Counted from the stretch's first letter, positions 32,347-41,486 are shown. The stretch: DNA of 64,000 nucleotides from Vulcanimicrobiota bacterium (GCA_963812135.1 CAWETU010000001.1:32001-96000), one strand, 5' to 3'. Numbers and translations: made by a program. Notes: a model not told the origin generated them from the letters alone.

Positions 32347-32364
32347 CGCCAGAGCGGGCACGAC

Positions 32365-32721
32365 TTGGAAGCGCTCTTAGTCGCGATCGTCGGCTATGTC
32401 GGGCTGGGCCTCAACTATGTCGCGGTTCTTCTCATCGCAACGGGCGGCGTGCAGGCGCTCGTCGGCGCCGGCATCGCTTTGTGGCGGCGCGAGGGCGTGG
32501 GCCAGCAGCGACAGGTGTGGTCGAGTTTCGCCCGCTGGCTCGTCCTGGCCCTTGAGTTCGCGCTGGCTGCCGATCTGCTACGTACGATCATCGCCCCCAC
32601 GTGGAATGATATCGGTCAGCTCGCCGCGATCGCGGCGATCCGCACGTTCCTCAGCTTCTTCTTGGAGCGCGATATCGAAGCGGCCACCAAGGCGAGCGTT
32701 CGATCTACGGCGAGCGGTTAA
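32365..32721 (+). CDS. DUF1622 family small membrane protein
   Basis: LVLALEFALAADLLRTIIAPTWNDIGQLAAIAAIRTFLSFFLERDI. Confidence 0.85.
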   Translation: MEALLVAIVGYVGLGLNYVAVLLIATGGVQALVGAGIALWRREGVGQQRQVWSSFARWLVLALEFALAADLLRTIIAPTWNDIGQLAAIAAIRTFLSFFLERDIEAATKASVRSTASG

Positions 32722-32731
32722 GGCTTCGCGG

Positions 32732-33109
32732 TCACCGCGAAAACAGCAGCAGCGAGCCGCTGATCGCCCCGAGCAGGATGATTCCGCTCAGGATCCACAT
32801 GGCGACGATATTCGGCCGGTATGTTTGCGCTTCGATTTCGCCATTCATCTGCGAGAAGCGCACGATCCCATAGACGAGCAGGACCAGCCCGATTACCACC
32901 ATGCCGATGCCGAGCTGCTCAGCGCCGACGAGCGTCGTGCGCACTCCGCCCCCTGTGGGAATCGTGTTTTTCTCGAGCAGGTACAACGAGAAGCGGTTGA
33001 TGGAGATGCCGATCGAGAGCAGCGACAGCGACGTGCGCAGGTAAGCCAGAAACGTGCGCTCGTTGGCCAGATGATCGCGGATGTGCGGGTCCGTCTGCGC
33101 CGAGCTCAC
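32732..33109 (-). CDS. YidH/DUF202 family membrane protein
   Basis: RDHLANERTFLAYLRT motif and three TMs. GTG start overlaps the FGE stop. Confidence 0.88.
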   Translation of the reverse strand: MSSAQTDPHIRDHLANERTFLAYLRTSLSLLSIGISINRFSLYLLEKNTIPTGGGVRTTLVGAEQLGIGMVVIGLVLLVYGIVRFSQMNGEIEAQTYRPNIVAMWILSGIILLGAISGSLLLFSR

Positions 33110-34086
33110 GCGCTCACCGGACGGACGATGCAGCGAAAGCCGACGTGGCACGTGCCGGTGTCGATCGGCTGCGCGATGCGAGCGGCCGGCCGGTAGCGAA
33201 GACAATAATTCGGCGCGCACAAGAACGAGCCGCCCTTGAGCACTTTGCGCGGGATGCGGATCTGCGTGTCGCGCGGATCGATGCTCTGCTCTTGCTCGCC
33301 GCCGCGCGGGTTCTTGAACGAGGCGCTGCAGCATGCGGAAGCGACCGCGTCCGAGTGTTTTTGGAACCAGTCTGTGGTCCACTGCCAGACGTTGCCTGCC
33401 ATGTCATACAAGCCGTAACCGTTCGGAGCGAATGAGCCGACCGGCGCGGTGCGCTCGAATCCATCCTGCAGCAGGTTCTCAAGCGGGAAGTTGCCTTGCC
33501 ATGTGTTGGCCATCAGGTTGCCACCCGGCGCGAACTCGTCGCCCCACGCGAAGGTCTTGCCCTCAAGCCCGCCGCGCGCCGCGAACTCCCACTCGGCCTC
33601 CGTCGGCAATTCCTTGCCGGCCCACGCCGCGTACGCTTGCACGTCTTCCCACGCGACGTGGACGACCGGATGATCCTGACGCGCTTCGATCGAGCTGTTC
33701 GGTCCTTCAGGATGGCGCCAATCCGCACCAAGCACGTACGTCCACCAATTGTAATGATTGCGCAGGTCGACGGGTCCGTCGGGTCGGGCGAACACCACCG
33801 AGCCGGGATTTGCCAAGAGTTCAGGCAACCCACCGGGATAGTCCGCCGGATCGGGCAGCTTCTCCACGAGCGTCACGTGGCCGGTCGCATCGACGAATTT
33901 TCGAAAATCTGCGTTGGTCACCGTGTGGCGGTCAATCCAAAAACCGTTGACGGAGGCCTCGTGGATCGGCGCCTCTTCAGGATAGAACTTGTCCGAACCC
34001 ATGCGGAACGTTCCGCCCGGGATCCACGCCATATCCGGATGCGGCGGCTCATGGGAGGTTGGGATCGGACTCGTGGTAGCACTCAT
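33106..34086 (-). CDS. Formylglycine-generating enzyme (sulfatase-modifying factor)
   Basis: GGTFRMGS, HPVVHV, LPTEAEWE, YGLYDMAGNVWQW, KGGSFLCAPNYCLRYRPAAR (both catalytic Cys present). Confidence 0.93.
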   Translation of the reverse strand: MSATTSPIPTSHEPPHPDMAWIPGGTFRMGSDKFYPEEAPIHEASVNGFWIDRHTVTNADFRKFVDATGHVTLVEKLPDPADYPGGLPELLANPGSVVFARPDGPVDLRNHYNWWTYVLGADWRHPEGPNSSIEARQDHPVVHVAWEDVQAYAAWAGKELPTEAEWEFAARGGLEGKTFAWGDEFAPGGNLMANTWQGNFPLENLLQDGFERTAPVGSFAPNGYGLYDMAGNVWQWTTDWFQKHSDAVASACCSASFKNPRGGEQEQSIDPRDTQIRIPRKVLKGGSFLCAPNYCLRYRPAARIAQPIDTGTCHVGFRCIVRPVSA

Positions 34087-34198
34087 TCGGATTGGTCCTT
34101 CAATGATTTCACAGAGGCGGCGGTTTCGCCGTGGGCACCGCTGCTCACTGCTCAGAGAGGGGGCAGACTGCAGATGAATGCCGTAACGCGCTAATAAT

Positions 34199-35884
34199 AT
34201 GTACGCCGACGAGCGCAAACGTCCACTGGCTTCGATTTTTCCGCCATTGCGCTGGATTCCCGGTTATCAAACGAGCTGGATCAAGCCTGACGTCATCGCG
34301 GGCATCTCGCTCGCGGCGTATGCGTTGCCCGTCTCGATGGCGTATGCATCGCTTGCTGGCCTGCCGCCGCAATCGGGCATCTATTGCTACCTGATCGGCG
34401 GGCTGTGCTACGCGCTTTTCGGCACGTCGCGCCAACTGGCGGTCGGACCGACATCTGCCATCTCGCTCTTGATAGGATTCAGCGCCGCACAACTCGTGGG
34501 CGGCGACCCGTCGCGTCAGCTGGCGATCGCGGCTTTGACCGCGCTGATGGTGGCCGCGATGAGCGTCATCGCGTGGCTCTTCCGCTTAAGCACGCTGGTG
34601 AACTTTATCAGCGATACCGTGCTGCTCGGTTTCAAAGCCGGCGCCGGCATCACCATCGCGATGACGCAGCTGCCGAAGCTCCTCGGCGTTCCAGGCGGCG
34701 GCAAGTTCGTCTTCCAGACCGCGTGGGCCGTCATCACCCAGCTCCCCCAGACCAATCTGATCACGCTGGCCTGCGGCCTTGTCGCGCTCGGGCTCCTGAT
34801 CGCGGGCAGCCGTCTGCTGCCGGGCCGCCCGGTCGTCTTGTTCGTCGTCATCATCGCCATCATCGTTGCGAGCACGACGCCCTTGGGGCATCTCCTCAAG
34901 ACGATCGGTGAAGTGCCGCGCGGATTGCCGGCGTTCGGGCTGCCTGCCTTCAACTTCAGCGATGTGTATGCCGACGTGCCGATCGCGCTCGCGTGCTTCT
35001 TGCTCGCATACATCGAGGGCGTGTCGACTGCTCGCACGCTGGCCCGCCAGAACGGCTATGACATCGACGCGCGCCAGGAATTGCTCGGCCTCGGAGCGGC
35101 CAACCTCGGCGTCGCGTTCGCCGGCGGATATCCGGTCGCCGGCGGCCTGTCGCAATCGGCCGTCAACGACAAGGCCGGCGCGAAGACGCCGCTCGCCCTG
35201 GTGTTCGCTTCGATCGCGATCGCCGTCTGTCTCCTTTTCCTCACGCCGCTGCTCCGAAATCTGCCGGTCGTCGTGCTCGCGGCAATCGTGCTGTTCGCGG
35301 TCGGCGGCTTGCTCAACGTGACGGAGTTACGGCGCCTGCGATCCATCAGCCCCGTCGAGTTCTGGCTCGCGATGGTGTCGCTGGCCGGCGTCTTGCTGTT
35401 GGGCATTCTCGAAGGCGTGCTGATCGCGGCCGCGCTCTCGCTGCTCGTGGTCATCGCGAGCGCCGCTCGGCCGTACGTCGCGTTTCTCGGGCGCATTCCC
35501 GGAACGCGGCGTTACTCGGATCTGGAGCGGCATCCCGGCAACGAATCGATTCCCGGCTTGCTCGTGTTCCGGCCGGCAGGCGCGATCGTGTACTTCAACG
35601 CCGATCACGTGCTTGCGCAAGTGGTCGAACAGGCGCGATCCGTCCCCAGCCTGCGGCTCGTCATCGCCGATCTTTCGGCCGTCCCCGCGATCGACATCGC
35701 CGGCGCGACGATGCTCGCCACCATGGAGAGCGAAGTCGAGACGTTGGGCGCACGCCTCCGTGTCGCCGAACCACGCGCGCGCGTGCGCGATCTGTTGCGG
35801 CGGGCGGGGCTTGAGGAGAAACTCGGAGGTTTCAGCCGGCGCGCGTCGCTCGACGACGCCGTCGCCGAATTCGAAGCCGGCTAG
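34199..35884 (+). CDS. SulP/SLC26 anion (sulfate) transporter with STAS domain
   Basis: P..MAYA.LAGLPP..G.Y, FGTSRQLAVGPTS, QELLGLGAAN, STAS-like DLSAVPAIDIAG. Confidence 0.93.
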   Translation: MYADERKRPLASIFPPLRWIPGYQTSWIKPDVIAGISLAAYALPVSMAYASLAGLPPQSGIYCYLIGGLCYALFGTSRQLAVGPTSAISLLIGFSAAQLVGGDPSRQLAIAALTALMVAAMSVIAWLFRLSTLVNFISDTVLLGFKAGAGITIAMTQLPKLLGVPGGGKFVFQTAWAVITQLPQTNLITLACGLVALGLLIAGSRLLPGRPVVLFVVIIAIIVASTTPLGHLLKTIGEVPRGLPAFGLPAFNFSDVYADVPIALACFLLAYIEGVSTARTLARQNGYDIDARQELLGLGAANLGVAFAGGYPVAGGLSQSAVNDKAGAKTPLALVFASIAIAVCLLFLTPLLRNLPVVVLAAIVLFAVGGLLNVTELRRLRSISPVEFWLAMVSLAGVLLLGILEGVLIAAALSLLVVIASAARPYVAFLGRIPGTRRYSDLERHPGNESIPGLLVFRPAGAIVYFNADHVLAQVVEQARSVPSLRLVIADLSAVPAIDIAGATMLATMESEVETLGARLRVAEPRARVRDLLRRAGLEEKLGGFSRRASLDDAVAEFEAG

Positions 35885-35941
35885 CGTTCACATTTTGGCA
35901 ATACTCTGACCCTGGCGGGTTCATAAGCCCGGCGTAGCCTC

Positions 35942-35993
35942 GTGTCTCCAACCGGCGCGTGCCGTTCGAAGCGCCGGTCACCGACGGAGACAC
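35942..35993 (+). promoter_or_regulatory. Leader stem-loop covering the flgF ribosome-binding site
   Basis: GTGTCTCC (35942-49) pairs with GGAGACAC (35986-93, contains the SD). Inner stem ACCGGCGC/GCGCCGGT. ATG at 35999. Confidence 0.5.
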
Positions 35994-35998
35994 TCCAC

Positions 35999-36637
35999 AT
36001 GCAGCTCCCCAACGCCCTTATCAGCGCCGCCGCCGGCATGCGCGCGCAGGCGTCGCGTCTTGATACCATCGCCGAGAACCTCGCGAATGCGGAGACGCCT
36101 GGGTTTCGGTCGCACGACTTGGTCGCGTTGGGATTCGGCGACGAAATGCGCACCGCATCGCGTGCCTCTTCGGCGCAGGGGCCGCTGCGCCGCACCGACG
36201 TGCCCACGGACCTCGCGCTTGTCGGCCCGGGTTTTTTCGCGGTCGCTGGAGCCAACGGCGTGGAGTACACGCGCGACGGCCGCATGTCGCTCGATGCCGA
36301 AGGCTTTTTGTGTGACGTGCGCGGCCGGCATGTGCTCGGATCGCTCGGCGCAGTGCGGTTGCCGCGCGGCGCGCTCATCCATTCTGACGGGCGCGTCTTC
36401 TCGAACGGTCACGCCGTCGACCGTTTGCGCATCGTCGATTTCGACGGCGACCGCGTCAGGCGTGCGAGCGCAGCGGTGCGCTCCGGCTACCTTGAGGAAT
36501 CGGGCGTCGACCCTATCTCTGAGATGACGTCGATGGTCGCAGCCGAGCGCGCGTTCGAGGCGAACCAGAAGGCCGCGCAGCAGACCGATGACGCCCTCAA
36601 ACGCGCCGTCATCGAGTTGCCGGCGGTACGGCCATGA
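35999..36637 (+). CDS. flgF: Flagellar basal-body rod protein FlgF/FlhO-like
   Basis: LDTIAENLANAETPGFR, DLAL.GPGFF.V, YTRDG, GYLEESGVDP..EM. Confidence 0.75.
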   Translation: MQLPNALISAAAGMRAQASRLDTIAENLANAETPGFRSHDLVALGFGDEMRTASRASSAQGPLRRTDVPTDLALVGPGFFAVAGANGVEYTRDGRMSLDAEGFLCDVRGRHVLGSLGAVRLPRGALIHSDGRVFSNGHAVDRLRIVDFDGDRVRRASAAVRSGYLEESGVDPISEMTSMVAAERAFEANQKAAQQTDDALKRAVIELPAVRP

Positions 36638-37368
36638 ACCGCGCTCTGGTTGCGGGCGCGTCGGGCATGGCCGCTCAGCAGAACGTCCTCGATATCATCG
36701 CCGCCAATCTGTCCAATGTCGACACGCCGGGCTTCCGCGCAGACCGCCCGGAGTTCGCGTCGCTCGTCGCCCCGGATGGCTCGAGCATGGGCGCGCAAAC
36801 GCGGCGATCTGTGCGCCTCTTCTCGCAAGGCAAGCTCGACGCCACCAACAACGATTTCGACCTTGCGATCGACGGCGCCGGGCTGTTCGAGGTCCAGACC
36901 GCGTCTGGAGCTCTCGCGTACACACGCGCAGGCAATTTCACGCCCGACGCAAGCGGCGCGCTGCGTTTGCCAAATGGGGCGGCGCTGGCTCGAGTGCGTC
37001 TTCCTTCGGGCTCGCTCGGCGTCACCGTCGACGATCGCGGCGTCGTGCGCGCTCACGTCGGCGGCAAAACGCAGCCGGTCGAGCTCGGACGCGTCACATT
37101 GTGCACGTTTGCGAACGAGGCCGGGTTGCGTCTCGGCGCGGACGGATTGTTCTACGCCTCTCCGGCAAGCGGCGCGGTCGTCCGCGGCGCGCCCGACGGC
37201 GGCGGACTCGGCAAGCTCAAACAGCGCTGCTTGGAACGCGCGAACATCAACGTCGTCTCCGCGATGATGTCGGTGCTCGCCGCCCAGCGCGCCTATGAGG
37301 CGAGCGCGAAAAGCGTCCAGGCCGCCGACGAGATGCTGCGGCTTGCGAACAACCTCGAGCGCGGGTGA
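36634..37368 (+). CDS. flgG: Flagellar basal-body rod protein FlgG-like
   Basis: ASGM.AQQ..LD.IA.NLSNVDTPGFR, DLAIDG.G.F.V, YTRAGNF, AQRAYE..AK.VQAADEML. Confidence 0.85.
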   Translation: MNRALVAGASGMAAQQNVLDIIAANLSNVDTPGFRADRPEFASLVAPDGSSMGAQTRRSVRLFSQGKLDATNNDFDLAIDGAGLFEVQTASGALAYTRAGNFTPDASGALRLPNGAALARVRLPSGSLGVTVDDRGVVRAHVGGKTQPVELGRVTLCTFANEAGLRLGADGLFYASPASGAVVRGAPDGGGLGKLKQRCLERANINVVSAMMSVLAAQRAYEASAKSVQAADEMLRLANNLERG

Positions 37369-37625
37369 TCGCGATGCAGCCGGACGTGCGCGACGCGTGC
37401 ATCCAGTTCGAGGCGATCATGCTTCATCCGCTGCTCGAGACCATGCGCCTGGGCCGGACCTCGCATGTGACGACCGAGCAAGACGGTGAAGACGATGGCG
37501 CAGCCGGCTCCAACGACATCGTGCAGTCGATGTTCACCGACGCACTCGCGCTCGCACTGGCGCGCGCCGGCGGACTCGGCCTCGGCCGCGAACTCGCTCG
37601 CGTCGTCTCACCACGCCGCACATGA
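37365..37625 (+). CDS. Small rod-binding protein (FlgJ N-terminal-like, no muramidase domain)
   Basis: RDACIQFEAIML..LL..MR...MF...LA..LA..GGLGL pattern, directly after flgG. Confidence 0.65.
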   Translation: MIAMQPDVRDACIQFEAIMLHPLLETMRLGRTSHVTTEQDGEDDGAAGSNDIVQSMFTDALALALARAGGLGLGRELARVVSPRRT

Positions 37626-38386
37626 TCGCCTTTCCATGCACGTCGTTGGACGGTCTTGCGGCCGCGTTCGCGGTCACTCGCGCGCGATCCGATCGAGATC
37701 GCTTATGCGAAGCGGCGATGCCGCTCGTGCGCCGCATCGCGACAGTAGTGCGCCGACGTCTGCCGTCGCACTTCAGCGCCGACGATCTCATCGGGGACGG
37801 CTGCATCGGGCTGTTGCGGGCGATCGACCGTTTCGATCCGGCCTTCGGCGTGACGTTCGAATCGTGGGCCGGTAGGATCGTGCGCGGCGCGATGCTCAAC
37901 GGGTTGCGCCGCATGGACGCCATACCCGAGCGCGTCCGCCGCGATGCGCGAGCGCTTGATGAGGCTCGCTGGATCGTCGCGCAGCGCACCGGTCGCTCGG
38001 CGAGCGAACGCGACGCAGCCGAAACAGCGCGCCTCAGCGTCACGAAGGTGGCCGCGGTGCGTCGCGCCGGCAATCACGCGGCGCTTTCCATCGATGGCCC
38101 GTCTGCCGGCGAACACAGCTCGCCGATCGCCGAACGGCTCGTGTCGTCGCAACGCGACCCCGCAGCGCTGGCCGCGGAGCGCGCGCTGCGCGCGATGGTC
38201 GCTCGCGCGGTGACCGAGCTCCCGCGGCGCGAGCAAGTGATCGTCTTATCGTTTTACTGCCGGGGAGCGACGTTCGGGGAGATCGGTCGCACGCTCGGCG
38301 TCAGCAAGCAACGCGTCTCGCAACTGCACGGGCGCGCGCTGAACGTCTTGCGCGCCAAACTCAAACCGCTCGAAAGCGATCTGTGA
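37622..38386 (+). CDS. fliA: RNA polymerase sigma factor, sigma-28/FliA/WhiG family
   Basis: DDLI..G.IGLL.AIDRFDP..GV.FESWA...VRGAML..LRRMD; region 4 LP.REQ.IV...Y....TF.EIG..LGVSKQRVSQLH.RAL. Confidence 0.85.
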   Translation: MIAFPCTSLDGLAAAFAVTRARSDRDRLCEAAMPLVRRIATVVRRRLPSHFSADDLIGDGCIGLLRAIDRFDPAFGVTFESWAGRIVRGAMLNGLRRMDAIPERVRRDARALDEARWIVAQRTGRSASERDAAETARLSVTKVAAVRRAGNHAALSIDGPSAGEHSSPIAERLVSSQRDPAALAAERALRAMVARAVTELPRREQVIVLSFYCRGATFGEIGRTLGVSKQRVSQLHGRALNVLRAKLKPLESDL

Positions 38387-38676
38387 CCATCGCCCGGCCG
38401 CGGGTCACCGCGCAGCCCGCGACCGTCGCCGCCAAATCGGCGACGCAACTCGAAGCCGCAGAGTGCCTCGATCTCGTCGATGGTCTCGATCTGTCCACGC
38501 TGCGCGGCGGGCGGGCGCTGACGCGCGACATCATCGCGCTGAGCACGCGCGCGCAATCATTGATTCGCGCGGGGCTCGCTGTCAAGGCATTCATCGTGGA
38601 AGGATTGGTCAACTCGTACCGCACGCTTACGCTTGGCGCGCGGACGATCGTGCTCGAGTTCGGGGTCTACCGCTAG
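38383..38676 (+). CDS. Hypothetical protein
   Basis: 97-aa ORF whose GTG overlaps the fliA stop. Its stop overlaps the divIVA stop (CTAG). Confidence 0.5.
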   Translation: MTIARPRVTAQPATVAAKSATQLEAAECLDLVDGLDLSTLRGGRALTRDIIALSTRAQSLIRAGLAVKAFIVEGLVNSYRTLTLGARTIVLEFGVYR

Positions 38677-39197
38677 GTCGACTCGCGAAATGCGATCTCG
38701 TGCGCCGGTTCGTCCGGCATCGGCAAGGCGGGCGCTGCGGCGACCTCTTGCACGACGCCCGAGTCTTCAAGCATCGAGGCCTGTCGGGCCAAGAACGAGC
38801 GCAGATCCTGCTTGACCGCCGCGACGTGATCGTTCTGGCGTTGCAGCTCGCGCCGTGCGTCGGCGATGCGCGCGCGCAGCTCGGAAAGCTCGTGGTCCAG
38901 CTCGAGTTTGGCGCTCTGCTTGACCAGGTCGGCTTCCTTATGCGCGGACGCTTTGACCTCGTCGGCGGTGCGCTGCGCGAGGACGAGCGCGCTTTGCAAG
39001 CTCTCCTCCATCGCTTTGTAGTGCGCGACCTTCTCTTGGAGCTCGCCGACGCGCGCCTCGAGCTTCCCGCGCTCGTCGATCTCGATCTCCAACGTCTCGA
39101 TGACCTCATCGAGGAACGTGTCGACCTCCTCGCGCGCGTAGCCCTGCAGCGTCTTGCGGAACTGCTTGTGCTGGATGTCGACCGGCGTGATCTTCAT
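38673..39197 (-). CDS. divIVA: DivIVA domain cell-division protein
   Basis: ITPVDIQHKQF.KTLQGY..EEVD.FLD followed by coiled coil (ALVLAQRTADEVK). Confidence 0.93.
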   Translation of the reverse strand: MKITPVDIQHKQFRKTLQGYAREEVDTFLDEVIETLEIEIDERGKLEARVGELQEKVAHYKAMEESLQSALVLAQRTADEVKASAHKEADLVKQSAKLELDHELSELRARIADARRELQRQNDHVAAVKQDLRSFLARQASMLEDSGVVQEVAAAPALPMPDEPAHEIAFREST

Positions 39198-39212
39198 GGC
39201 GTGACCTTTCGC

Positions 39213-39614
39213 CTACCAGGCCTCGTACGAGCCGGCGACCGACATCTCGGGTTCTTTCGAGTTGATCTGCACGTTGCTCGGCACGAACAAGAAGATTCCC
39301 TCGGAGAGGCGCTGCATCTTGCCGTCGAGCGTGTAGACGACGCCGCTCAAGAAGTCGATGACGCGTTGCGACAGCGCGCGATCGGCTCCCACCAGGTTGA
39401 CGACGACGAGCAAGCGAGCGCGCAGGTTGTCTGCGATGTCCGTGACCTCCTCGTACTGCCTGGGATGGAAGACGGACACGCCGACCTTGCGCCCCGCGCG
39501 CCCATCGGTGATGGGCACGACTTTGGGCTTGCCTTCGTCGTCGAACAGGTCTTCGTCATACTCGTCGGAGTCCCTGAACCCCATCGAGTTGACGATGCTC
39601 GACCATACACCCAT
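39213..39614 (-). CDS. sepF: Cell division protein SepF
   Basis: P..YEE...IAD.L....VVVNL, RVIDFLSG.VY.LDG, IFLFVPSNV. Confidence 0.92.
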   Translation of the reverse strand: MGVWSSIVNSMGFRDSDEYDEDLFDDEGKPKVVPITDGRAGRKVGVSVFHPRQYEEVTDIADNLRARLLVVVNLVGADRALSQRVIDFLSGVVYTLDGKMQRLSEGIFLFVPSNVQINSKEPEMSVAGSYEAW

Positions 39615-39616
39615 GA

Positions 39617-40357
39617 TTATTCTACCTTGCCTTTCGCGGGGCGCGGCCCGAATAGCGCGGTGCCGATACGCACCATCGTCGAGCCGGCTGCGATCGCCGC
39701 TTCGAGATCGCCGGACATCCCCATGGAAAGAAGATCGGCGCTCGCGTGCTCGCGCGCCAGCGTTCGATACGCGTCGGCCGCGCGCCCGAACGCCGCCGCC
39801 GATCCGTCCGCTTGCTGTGGACCGACCGCCATCACGCCGCGCACGCGCAGGTTGGGCATCGCTGCGAGCTCGCGTCCGAGCTGCGCGCACGATTCGGGTG
39901 CGACGCCGTTGCGGTCGTCGTCAGCGACGTTGACTTGGATGAGGACATCAAGCGTCTTGCCTGCGTCTCGCGCGCCGCGGTCAAGCGCTTGGCCGATCTC
40001 GGCGCTGTCGACCGTCTGCACGACGTCGAAGAGGCTCGCGATCTTGCGTGCCTTGTTGCGCTGGACGCGTCCGATGAAATGGCGGGTGGAGCGTGTAGGC
40101 CATACGACGCTCGCGAATTTCGCCTGCGCTTCTTGGAGGTAGTTCTCGCCGATATCCGCGATGTTCGCGTTGATAGCCGCCTCGATCGCCTCCGGCCCGA
40201 AGCCTTTGGTGACTGCGAGGACGTGGACTGCTTCCGCGTCCCTGCTGGCGAGTGCGCACGCCCGTTCGATTCGCTTGCGCAGCTCCGCGAGCGCGCTCGC
40301 GACATCCCGAACCGGCGAACCGGCTTCGGCACCACTCACACGTTCGATTCGTTCCAA
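39617..40357 (-). CDS. yggS: PLP homeostasis protein YggS/YlmE
   Basis: LAVTK, GENYLQE, HFIG..Q.NK, LSMGMSGD, GSTMVRIGTALFG. Confidence 0.93.
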   Translation of the reverse strand: MERIERVSGAEAGSPVRDVASALAELRKRIERACALASRDAEAVHVLAVTKGFGPEAIEAAINANIADIGENYLQEAQAKFASVVWPTRSTRHFIGRVQRNKARKIASLFDVVQTVDSAEIGQALDRGARDAGKTLDVLIQVNVADDDRNGVAPESCAQLGRELAAMPNLRVRGVMAVGPQQADGSAAAFGRAADAYRTLAREHASADLLSMGMSGDLEAAIAAGSTMVRIGTALFGPRPAKGKVE

Positions 40358-40369
40358 GGTGCGGACCGC

Positions 40370-41486
40370 TTATCCTTCGGGTTGCGGCTCGCGCAGGGAG
40401 CGCCAACGTGGCGTCGCGCCACGCGTCAAAGCGCTGCTCGAGGATCGCCGCTCGCGCCGCCGCGCCGAGTCGCGTCATCATCCAAACGTTGTGCAGACTC
40501 ACGAGGCGAGGTCCGAGCATCTCATTCGCGCGGAAACAATGCGCGAGGTATGCGCGCGTGAACTGCGTGCACGCAGGGCACGCGCACGACGGGTCCAGCG
40601 GGGTGAAGTCGTCCGTAAACCGGGCGTTGCGCAGGTTCAGTCTGCCGTGCATCGTCAGCGCGAGCGCATGGCGCGCGCAGCGGGTCGGGTAGACGCAATC
40701 GAACATGTCCACGCCGCGCCCGACGCACGCCAAAAGATCCTCGGGCGTCCCGACGCCCATGAGATAGCGCGGCTTGCCTGCAGGCAACGTCGCGCACGAT
40801 GCCTCCGTCATCGCGAGACTCAGCGCTTTCGACTCCCCGACCCACAGCCCGCCGATCGCGTAACCGGGAAAGTCGAGTGCCGCGAGCGCGGCGGCGTTCT
40901 GGCGGCGCACGGGTTCGAACGTCGAGCCTTGCACGATCGCGAAGGTCAGCTGATCAGCGCGGCGCTTTGCGGCCAACGCGCGCTCCGCCCAGCCCAAGGT
41001 GCGTTCTGCGGCTTGGCGGGCGCGCGCCTCGTCCACGTCCGCCGGTGCGACGTCGTCGAGCACCATAGCGATGTCGCTGCCGAGCCGCTCTTGCAGCTCG
41101 ACGACGTTTTCCGGCGTGAACGTGTGCCTAGTCCCATCGAGATGCGATGCGAAATGATAGCCCTCGTCGTCGACCGACGCGAGCTTGGCTAGTGAGAACA
41201 TCTGGAAGCCACCGCTGTCGGTGAGGATCGCCCCTGGCCAGCTCATGAACTTATGCAATCCGCCGGCGCGCTCGATGACCTCCGCTCCGGGGCGTAGATA
41301 AAGATGATACGCGTTCGCCAGCACGATGTTCGCGCCGCAGGTTCGCAGCTCGTCGGGCGTGAGCCCTTTCACGCTCGCTTGCGTGCCGACCGGCATGAAC
41401 ACCGGAGTGGCGATGTCCCCATGCGGGGTGTGTAGAGTGCCGGCGCGCGCCGCGCCGTCGGATGCCTCGAGCGTGAATGCGCTCAC
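40370..41486 (-). CDS. tgt: tRNA-guanine transglycosylase (frameshift near 40397 extends the called ORF into yggS)
   Basis: TPVFMPVGT, NAYHL, TDSGGFQ, PRYLMGVG, DMFDCV.PTR, CACPAC...H zinc site. Removing one C in CTCCCTG gives ...LLREPQPEG-TAA ending at 40370. Confidence 0.93.

Noticed and set aside
35910..35982. tRNA-Met-like fragments (GGGTTCATAAGCCC, GTTCGAA) upstream of flgF
   Set aside because: No D-arm or acceptor stem and the arm spacing is wrong. Better explained as a leader hairpin.
38673..38676. Shared CTAG stop codons of convergent genes (also 44749-44752)
   Set aside because: Common in compact genomes and not evidence of a special mechanism.
38463..40142. Long antisense ORFs (e.g. 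38463-40142, 52630-54411, 50901-52463, 30141-31544, 227-1135)
   Set aside because: Shadow ORFs opposite well-supported genes, expected in high-GC DNA, with no recognisable motifs.
39981..40369. Apparent 130-aa C-terminal extension of Tgt overlapping yggS
   Set aside because: Caused by a one-base frameshift near 40397. The natural stop at 40370 restores normal length.
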